From NCBI RefSeq assembly GCF_032191835.1, contig NC_083226.1:108562001-108626000 (forward strand): 64,000 bases of DNA. Direction: 5' to 3'. The stretch is from Heteronotia binoei. Lineage: Eukaryota. Made by a program: the position numbers and the translations under genes. This document shows positions 27,089 to 36,826 of the stretch, piece by piece. The notes under the pieces are model-generated. The model did not search any database. It was not told where the DNA came from and saw only the letters and a program-made list of their open reading frames with translations. Each line of letters starts with the position of its first letter. Within the stretch, counting starts at the first letter, position 1.

Positions 27089-28635
27089 TTCTAATAGATC
27101 TAGCTAGAGACAATGGGATGGTCAAGCTCCTCCACCCTTCAAGCAGGGAACAGAGATATGGAGGCAGTAAATACTAGAGAGGCTTCAGGAAGGAAATTCT
27201 AGAGACTTCAGAAAAAGCTTTGCTGACTTGGCCTGACCTGGTCAGTGGGAGGGGAAAGGGAGAAGATAAAACTCCTGGGAGCAAGGAGGCAGCACTCTTT
27301 TGTGCTGGGTCCATTAGAGTAGACAGAACTCTTACCTGAGGTCTGGAGGAAGCAGTCATTTAACCATGTGCTGTCCTGGAGTGTTGAAGGAAGCTTCAAG
27401 GTAATGATATTCTGTAGAGGTTTGTAACTTCCTAAGATAAAGGATTATGTCCTATATTTTAACAAACAGAAGATTTGCATTTTAGCCATTTCTTTTCTAA
27501 ACCTGCTCAGTCTGGTGCTATGCTAAAATTAGAAGTGAATAGCCACCCAGAGCCCACTTGTGGAAAGCATGGGGTTTAAATTAATTAAATACAAATAAAT
27601 AAATACATTCTCTTTTTAAGAAATGCTTTACAACTTTTGATGCTAGTACTAGTTCTCTGTACCACATAGATAGACCTCCTTCATCTTGGACATGCTATTT
27701 TAAAAGGAGTTCCAGGGAGAAGGCCAGCAGTTGCAAACAGCTATTTCTCCAGGAGTGCACAAGGCAGTAAACAATCCCTGTCATGACCAGACATGGGGCA
27801 GCAGGAGACACAGAGGCAAGGTGTCAGAATTTGGAAGAGAAGTTGGGATCCCTGACCCTCCCATTGAATAATTCCTGCAAAAATCTGGTGGTGGTGGCCT
27901 CTCCAGGTATTGGGAGAACCTTGGAGGGCAGGGTGGAACTGCGCCTGCAGCCAGAGCAGTTCCATTCCACCACAAACCCATGCAACCATTATTCTTCAGT
28001 TAAAATGCAACTATTCAGGTATGCCACCTTCTGAGATCAGGTAAGTGGCAACTTGAGAGAGGGCCTTCTTGGTCAAACCACCAAATCTCTGGAACTCCCC
28101 AAAGAAATGTATCTGTCCCTGTCAGTCACGTGAAAATTTTGTTTGTTTAGCATTCTTTCAGTGATACCTCCTTACAATGTTTTTATGTTTTGTATATATT
28201 TTAGTTCTCTTTTTAAAAAAATATTTTAAAGAATTATTTTAATGATGTATGTTTGGGAGGGGGATTGATTTTTAATACTGGTACATGCAGGCCTGGCGCT
28301 GGGTTTTCCAGCGCCCAAGGCCAAAATCCTCCCCCCGCCCCCCTTTTTGGATATTTTGCGCATGCATAGTGCGCACACGACCTAATGATATCACCAGAAG
28401 TGACAAGTACTGAGTAAAGGGAAGTTGTTCACGAAGAGCTAAACCAAAAGCCTGTCGGCAAAACAACCACAAAACACTGCAAATATTACAAAATATTGTA
28501 TCTATTCATAAGCAATTGATATCATGGAAATGTTTCACATATGATGACTCACTGGCACCTTCAATTGAGCATTGTACATGGAGCCTTCAGCTTCCAACAT
28601 TCCATACAACTCATTAAAGGTGCATACACAGTTCA

Positions 28636-28770
28636 TCTTGAAATCAGGGTGGATTCTACATCTCTTTCAAAAAATTCACAGGAAGTCCCCAGGTCCAGCA
28701 CCATTCGTCTTGAAGTCAGAGTGGATTCTATGCCTCTTTCAAAAAATCCACAGGTAGTCCCCAGGTCCAG
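28636..28770. repeat. Two-copy direct repeat, 72-bp period
   Basis: 28636-28698 vs 28708-28770. Confidence 0.9.
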
Positions 28771-28824
28771 TGCGACAGCACACCGGTTGGATATCCGTTT
28801 CTCGAATGCTTCTTCAGGCACAAG
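28767..28824 (-). ncRNA. Putative type I hammerhead ribozyme in the PLE 3' region
   Basis: GUGC-CUGAAGA-AGCAUUCGA-GAAAC...GCU-GUC-GCAC. Stem I GUGC/GCAC and stem III ACGG/CUGU pair; stem II closing pair is mismatched. Confidence 0.55.
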
Positions 28825-31539
28825 CGTGTTGTGGGGACTCATACACTGTCAATTACAATCAATATCATATATAAATTAATCCTACAAATTCAAATGCCAC
28901 TTTGGGAACCCACAACCTCCATGTAAAAACAACTCACCTGAATCACATCACTCTACAATTCATACAATGTCAGTCATCAATAGCCAGCGTTCCTTACTGC
29001 TCAGACTGGGCATTGGAACGTGCACAATCTAAATACCTTCATTGTTTAATTAATGTCAGCTGCATCCTGCTGAACTTTTTAAAAGGATATATTCATTGAT
29101 TTCATTTATTTATTACAAAATAGTTCAAAAAATACTTTAAAACCTCCTACAATTTTGTGACAGTTTATGCCAATTTTAAAACTATTTACGTTGAATATTA
29201 CATCTTATTTAAATTTGCAAATGAATGCTCAATAAATACCAGCAACACTTGCTTATGATTTCTTTTCTTGAATTAATACAATCATAAATTTGGTGGCTTG
29301 ACTCTTGTATATAGTGTGTACAAAAAGAAAAAATTGCTTACAATAATGTTTGTTGATTTCATAAGCTCATTGCTATTGGAGCCATTACTGCTCCTACATG
29401 TGGTACATAAAACCGACTACTGCTTACAAAATGTTGAAGAGGCTCTCATCTCTAAACACCTATAAGAAACAAGTCAATTACAAATATGAATTAAGTCCAA
29501 TTGAAGCCAAAGCTCCCAGTTGAAATTAGAGCCGCTCATGATATTGTTTCTGGCGAGTAGCCCCTTCTATGAAAATCTTGCAACATTCTACTGCGTTTTT
29601 TGCAATAGTCATCCTGTTTAGTTGCATTTTTTTAAACACGGAGGAATTGCCCATACAGTAAGTTCCTCTTAAGGTGTTTGGGATGGAAAGATTGATACTT
29701 TAAATATGAGACTCTATCTGTGCTCTTTCTGAATGGTTTGACCACTTAGCAGCCACTACTATCCACATACACTGTGACATCTAAAAAGTTAACTGCCTCT
29801 TCATTAGCTGTACATGAATAATTTATATCAGGATGAATCCCGCTAATCCATTCTACAAAAGGTTGTACCTGGGTGGGGTACCGCAAAGATATCATTTATA
29901 AAGCAATAGTACATGCAAATATTATCCACAAAAGGATTGGCATTATTAAAAATAGATGCCTCTGCTAATTCTGACATAAACAAGTTTGCCACACTGGGGG
30001 CAAATGTGGAGCCCATTACTACCCCCCGAATTTGTCAACAATACACATCCTGAAATGTGAAAAAAATCTTTTCTAGAATAATATCTATTAATTCTAATAG
30101 GACAAAATTGGGGGGGGAGCAAATGAGCTCTGCCTACCAATAACCTTTCTATTTTGTTGCATGCTTCCTCAAGGGGAATGCTCGTGTAAAGAGCTGCAAC
30201 ATCCAGTGGGAGCAAAATCAATCCTGCAGGTACTTTCCAGCCTTCCACTTTCTAGATGAAGTCCCCAGTGTCCCTAATGTATGATCTCATCTGCTGTACT
30301 CTTGGTCTCAAAAACGTGTCTATATATTGTGATATGGGTTCAAGTAATGAGTCATTCCCAGACACTATAGGGCTTCCTGGCGGAGGATGTCCGCCCTTAT
30401 GGATTTTCGGTAGCGTGTACAGGATTGCAGTCCTTACATTTTCTTTTTTCAAAAAATTATGTGTGTCCCTGCTAATATGACCCATAATTTCTGCCTCATC
30501 CAAAACCACCTTGATGAGTGTTCACCATCTCCTCAGTGGGATCATAACCCACTGGGACATAAGTGGTGGAATCTGAGAGCTGTCTCTCGACTTCAGCAAT
30601 ATAGTCTGTTCTATCTTGCACCACAGTGTCTCCACCTTTATCTGCAGGTTTAATCACAATGGAAGTATCAAATGATAAATTCTGTAAGGCGCCAATTTCT
30701 TCCTTTGTCATATTATACCAATGTCTTCGATTTGTTTCTTCTAGAGTTTTTACATCTCTCAATACTGCCTTTTCAAAAGCACTGATCATAGGATCGGTTA
30801 TATCGGGAACGAAACTTGATTTAGGTCTTACAATACTAATCACTCATTTCTGTTTGTTCAATATCCTCAATAACTGCCTCCCTTATTGGTTCTCCAAAAA
30901 AATTTTTAAGTTTGATCTTTCGTACTAACTTGAACAAGTCAATCCTGGTATGGAATGGCACATACTTAGGGACCGGCACAAAGCCAAGTCCCATATTCAA
31001 AACCTGATTCTCTACTTCAGTAAGGGGTCGGGTTGAAAGATTGACCACTAGGTTCTCTTCCGCAGTTGATAAGGGCATTGCTGTAAAAAATTACTCCTAC
31101 CCTGTTGTTGTTTTCCTTTGTTGTTGAACGGAGTTTCAGAATGTCCTATACTCCTAAACCATCTTTTCTGTTCGCCCCTACCGCTAATCCCGTTCTTCAC
31201 TGGACGTGGAGCCTTGGATTCATATTCCTTTAATTCTTTTTCTATTTCTTTTACTCAATTCTCTAATGAATTATCCAAATCAGATGTCTTTAAGACACTC
31301 TCCACATTCCCAATTTCTTCTCTCACTTTTTGTACTTCGATCCTAGAGCATTCAATGATTAATAGCATTAAATCAAGGGAACACTTATTCAGTATAGTAG
31401 CTCAGTGAGTTCTAAATTCCTCATCCTCTAGAATCATAGCCGGGGGGGGGGGGGTTTAAAGATATGTAAACCTCGTGGAATTTTACCTGTCTTGCACTAC
31501 TGGGAGAGTGAAATCGCATGCAGGTTAAAAAAGAGAGAC

Positions 31540-32110
31540 CTACTCCGAGCCGGCCCCGGGGACATGTTGGCACTGATTACATTGGAAAATGTAGTTGTGT
31601 GGTCCTAAAGGGGAGTGGGAAGGTTTACTAGGCAAAAAGTTAAAGGCAAGAATTACAAAGGTAACATTCTCAAAATTGCTGCCAGTTCTACATGCAGGGT
31701 CAGCTAGACAGGCACTGTTCAGGGTTCCCAATGCATGGATGAGAAAGTTGTGCCATGATGAAGGATTTAGGCACTGGGGAACTTTCTGGAACAAGCTAAA
31801 CCTTCGCTAAAGAGGCAGGCTTCACTTGTACCAAAAGAGATCCAGCCTGCTGGTAATTAATGTCAAAAAGCTGACAAAGCAGATTTTAAATTAATCCCAT
31901 GAGGTAAGCTAACAGGAAATGGGGAACCTGCAGTTCAGGGCAAGTCATCCCAAAGGGACGATTGAGGAAATACTGATAGGAGCATAATAGAACTTGGGAG
32001 GGAGGATAGGATGACAACTGAGGGCCATGTGTGGTAAATAAACCCCTGGTTTAAAGGAACTGCAAAAGAAAGAGGAGGGGGAAAGCTGGGACATGAAGAG
32101 CAGTCTTCCT
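31540..32110 (+). mobile_element. CR1 ORF1 fragment (esterase-like domain)
   Basis: ORF 31595-31810 (FSKLLPV...NAWMRKLCHDEGF..HWGTFW) followed by a decayed DGLHL-like motif, typical of CR1 ORF1p. Confidence 0.65.
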
Positions 32111-33397
32111 ATGTCTCAACTGTTTTCTCATTTTTTTTCTGCAGTCCCTTTAAGCCAGCCTGGTTTAAAAGAACTACAGAGAAAATTGGTGGGTGGGATA
32201 GCTATGAAATGGGAGCAATTTGCTTCTGCTGCTCACCTGTTTTGCAGCTTTGCCACTTTTGGTAGGTTTCCCACACCCCAGGGTTTTTAATATCAGGTCT
32301 ATTGGGCTCAAAAAAAAATTTGATTTCTCTAAGAAAAAAACTCAGATCTGAATACTTTGCCAGTTCTGGGATTCCCCCCCCTTCCCCCTCCCATCCCATT
32401 TTTTTCATGAACCCAACAGATCTGAACTGAAACATTTGAAAAAATTCAGGCTCTACATTAGAGTCTGCCCCTTTTAACCATTACACCACGCTCTCTCTGC
32501 CTTGTATACTGCACTAAATGCAGAATAAGACTGGACATAATATATACAGGTACAATTTTTGAAAACAAATAAAATTGAATGCTTTAGTGATGTTAAGTAA
32601 TCACAACAGAGGCTGAATAAATGTTTGTCCACCTCCAAACAGATAAGTCCTGTTTTACAACGTCCTTGTTTTGCACAAAATGTTATAACAAAAAGGACTA
32701 CAGGCAACATTAACATCCTCAAGTCATTTATTCTGGAACAGTACCAGACAAGTTACCACCACCTCAGGGATGAGTAATTTGGGGCTTACCACTGAAAATG
32801 AAGAAATCTTTTTATGTTCCATTAACAACCCAAAGGAAATTGAAAATTCTTTATAAGTACAATTTGGGGGTCCTTGTGGTTCTAATAATGATCCTCATAT
32901 TGTAAATCTAAGAGTTTCTTGTCTCCTGTTTTCCACTACGAATGTGGTATATAATTTGCATCCTAATGAAAACAATTCACTTCCAAGCCTGGCTGTTGAT
33001 TTGACTTCTCATTTGACTTCTCATGCTCCTTGTGTCAAACAAGCATTAAAAATCAGACATTGTAGAGCTTTCATATAAGCTGGCATTACTTCTAATACAA
33101 TATATTTTTAATGAGAGTGCCATTCATTGAAGGTTACCAGCTGAATGATGAGACATTGAGTGACATATATAAATATGTGCATCTTAAGTGCAAAACACAA
33201 TAACACCTTTGGTTTGTAAAGCACATATGCAGAATTAGTTGAATGGCTCCATCAAAAGCTCATTATAGGTAGCAGCCGGAAAAGCAACAGATTGGCACTT
33301 TTTCATTTTTTTAAAAAAAGATGTTAGTTATTTTGTGTACAATCTCATTTAACTTCTATTGGCTTCAATGGGATTTAAGAAAGCTGTCTTTCGCATT

Positions 33398-33447
<50 letters not shown>

Positions 33448-33749
33448 TGGTAAAATTGTACCTAGTCTGGGAGTTTCTAACTGTTGTGTCTTGGTAAAGA
33501 GATAATAGCTAGTTTATACCATGCCAGAGTGATTTGCTACACTGATGTAAAAATCAAAATTAGAAACATCAGCAAGAATGAGATCAGCTAGTTAGATTGC
33601 AGGTAACTTACTTTTAATTTTTGAAGAAACTCAAATCACCTCTTTTTTCTAAGACTGTGATAACGACATCAATATTCCTGAACACAGCATTCCTATTACT
33701 TTTGGGGGAAATTACATAAAATACAACCAAGGATTATGTTCTAATAGGA

Positions 33750-34039
33750 AAGGAAAGGTCCCCTGTCCAAGTACCAGTCGTTTCCGACTCTGGGGTGATG
33801 CTGCTTTCACAACTTTTTTGTGGCAGACCTTTTTACGGGATGGTTTGCCATTGCCTTCCCCGGTCATTACACTTTCCCCCCAGCAAGCTGGGTACTCATT
33901 TTACCAACCTCGGAAGGATGGAAGGCTGAGTCAACACCGAGCCAGCTACCTGAACCAGCTTCCACTGGAATCAAACTCAGGTTGTGAGCAGAGGGCTCCA
34001 ACTGCAATACTGCAGTTTTACCACTCTGTGCCACGGGGA
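33750..34039 (-). mobile_element. Sauria-type SINE with a 10-bp TSD
   Basis: TSD TCTAATAGGA at 33740-33749 and 34040-34049. Confidence 0.9.
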
Positions 34040-34289
34040 TCTAATAGGAGCTAATGCCAATTTGGATGACTTTTTATTTTTCATGTGGCACAGCATTGGG
34101 CTACCCAGTAAAGCTGATGAAAAAAAATATCCTCTGATATTTGCTCCCTGTTCAGGTCAAAGAAAGAGAAATAGATATAAACATAAAATAATGGTACAAT
34201 ATTTTCTGAGGGCCTAACTACACATTACAGTCTCTGTGTCATGTTAACCATGAGGCCTCTCAAATCAAGCATATGCTGTGAATTCCCCG

Positions 34290-34450
34290 AGTAGTAGGTT
34301 AGGGTACCCTATCATCATCAAGCCGCATGCCAAAGTGACAGCTGCCCCACCCATACATGTGTGCACACACACAAAAACGAATGCCATATGCTTCCTTATG
34401 GGAGAGGGACGCAACAGTCCCAGAGGGGGCGGCTAGAAATCTACACCTAC
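34290..34450 (+). repeat. Maverick left TIR
   Basis: First 39 bp identical to the reverse complement of the right end; high identity beyond that. Confidence 0.95.
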
Positions 34451-34647
34451 AGTTTCTTATTAACATTAAAACCCATCCCTGTCTTCATTGTTGGGGATAA
34501 AGATTGCATCTTCTCCATGTAGGGGGAATGAAAACTGTCTCTCGTCCTCTGCAAGCACAGGGAGCTTGCCATTCTCCAGGCTGGAGAATCTATCTCTGAC
34601 TGTCAAAGCAAAACGCACATCCTTGCAAATAGAGTTGTCACAGAATC

Positions 34648-35408
34648 ATGTCTGGGGAAAGTGAATTCCAAAGTATCCTTTCCCACCTTCTAAGTCGATC
34701 GATCTTATATATTGCTAATTGTGAGACAAAAGTATTTAACCCCACAAACTGTCATAAAAGGTCAACTGTCCTAAAAAGGGCAGTGATTTCATGGTGAGAA
34801 CTGTTGAAATTTATGCCTCTCAGCCTTCTAATCTGATCGATCTTATATATTGCTAATTGTGAGACAAAAGTATTTGACCCCTCAAACTGTCCTAAAAGGT
34901 CAAGTGCTTAGACCGGGTCAAGATAAACAGAGGAAATTATGTTCTCACGTGATATATTTTCAGAGTCAAGTTGCCACATATTTTCTGACTCCCTCTCCCA
35001 CCCCCAAATAACTGTATTAACGATGTGTGAATGATCTTTAATGCTGCAAAACTTTTAAGACCAGCTGTAAACATACAACTTTCAGCATCATGGCAACACA
35101 GCTCAATGATTATCAAAGTAAGAATTTTTTGGGGGGGGGGTTGTGTGGATGTAAAACTACCAGCAGATAGACATTTAACAAATTTTACAGGTTCTTTTTT
35201 TTTTCATGACACAAACAAGCTGTAAAGATGTAAATGTAAAGTTTTCTGAATTAATTTGATCTGTTTTTTTTTTGACAGAGGTTATTTCACAAATGCACCC
35301 CCAGGCAGCTACTGTGTTTAAGGAGCCTGGTAAGAATATTAATTAATCAGCTCTTTGTTATTTTAATGGTTGGTTTTTTAGAAATGCCTTGTTTGCCAAA
35401 CAGATCTC

Positions 35409-35454
<46 letters not shown>

Positions 35455-36826
35455 TTACTTTTAACAGCATATGGGATTCAAAATCAATACTGCACAACTC
35501 TGTAATGCGGCAGTTTCTGCATTTTATATGAAACTAATGAAAGCTGTATAGGTTTTTAGGGAGGTTACTAGAATTTGGACGTTACAGTAAAGGTTTGTGT
35601 ATAAAAGATTTTAACACTTAAAGCTGCTTAGTTTTTACAACATTGTAATGCTGGAACAAGACTTGTAGAAGGTTTTATCAACAGATTTTAGGGGGTTTTG
35701 AATAATATTTTGACACACCTTAATACTCTGTGAAAAAGGCCCATTCATAGAAAGGAGCCCAACTCTCCAACACTTCCTGCATAGGTTCAACATTTAGAAC
35801 CACTGTCATGATGTCTATTTCAGCTGTTTCAGGTATTTTCTATAGTCGAGGCTTCCAACTTTTTCCACTGCTTAGCAAAATTATCCCAGCATTAGTTACC
35901 ATAAACCAACATACATATATGAACATATGAAGCTGCCTTATACTGAAGCAGACCCCTGATCCATCAGAGTCAGTATTGTCTACTCAGACTGGCAGTGGCT
36001 CTCCAGGGTCTGAAGCTGAGGTTTTTCACACCTACCTGCCTGGGTCCTTTTTAGTTGGAGATGCTGGGGATCGAACCTGAGACCTTCTGCTTACCAAGCA
36101 GATGCTCTACCACTGAGCTACCGTCCCTCCCCTTATGTATATCCCGTATGTATTATTAATTGGTTACAATTCTTGTAGAGTTTTTTTGTGGAGTCATATT
36201 TAACAAAAATAATTTAGTTCTAAACATCATAATCATCTTTTAAAACTTCCTGTACAAGTTTAATGTACTTTTGTCCAATACAATTGCGCAATTTTACATG
36301 ATCACAGCGTGTTTTTTGGTCTACATCTATGTATGTTTATTTTCTAGAATCTGTACCTGGAACATCACAAGCTGCTACGCCGTTGCAGGGTGATGGTGCA
36401 CCTCAAAAGAAACGTTCTGTGTCTACCAACAGCCAGAAGGAGCCTAAGCCTAAAAAGAGAAAAACTGACAGTGCAAGAACCAACGAAGGGTGTGTAATAA
36501 GCAATGGTGATCAACCTAAAAAGCAGATGGAATTCACTGAATCTCTTTTCAAACTCACTCAACAATTGAAAGAGAAAGATAATCTTATTAAGAAAGCCAA
36601 GGAGGCCTCTGATGTTGTCTGCAACAAGATCTCCAAGCTGTTTGACAACTATGAGACCGAATTGATTAAAAATTATGCAAAGTACCCAGCGTGTGCTGAT
36701 AGCGCTATACAGTACGGGGGGGCTCTGCCCTACAATGTCTCTGAAGGGGTAAGGGGCTCCCCAGACCTGATGTCTGTTCAAGCTGATGAGGTGGGGGGGG
36801 GAGGATGGAGAAGCACATTCTGCTAG
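34648..36826 (+). CDS. Predicted spliced Maverick left-end ORF (exons 34648-34660, 35279-35329, 36348 onward), possibly the pPolB N-terminus
   Basis: Phase-1 GT-AG junctions join MSGEK-VISQMHPQAATVFKEPE-SVPGTSQAAT... in frame; contains an NLS-like PKPKKRK and a coiled-coil-like stretch. Confidence 0.55.
35910..36132 (-). mobile_element. tRNA-derived SINE inserted in the Maverick
   Basis: Minus head GGGGAGGGACGGTAGCTCAGTGGTAGAGC...GGTTCGATCCCCAGC (A/B boxes) and an (ATATGTTC)-like tail. Confidence 0.85.

Larger units (their letters stand above)
28480..31535 (-). mobile_element. Penelope-like element (Neptune/Poseidon type), decayed
   Basis: Minus-strand remnants IPRGL..ILNKCSLDLM, VVNLS, PADKGGDTVV, LYTLPKIHK..PPGSPIVS, LDVAALYTSIP, HPKHLKRNLLYGQFL, RRGYS, GLN*. 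Confidence 0.88.

Noticed and set aside
35815-35832. 9-nt micro-exon (TTTCAG|CTGTTTCAG|GTA) in the Maverick left end
   Set aside because: Weak donor and weak polypyrimidine tract; not needed to keep the frame.
36060-36132. tRNA gene
   Set aside because: The tRNA-like head continues into a SINE body and tail, with no complete cloverleaf. The same applies to ~38845-38915 and the Sauria SINE heads.
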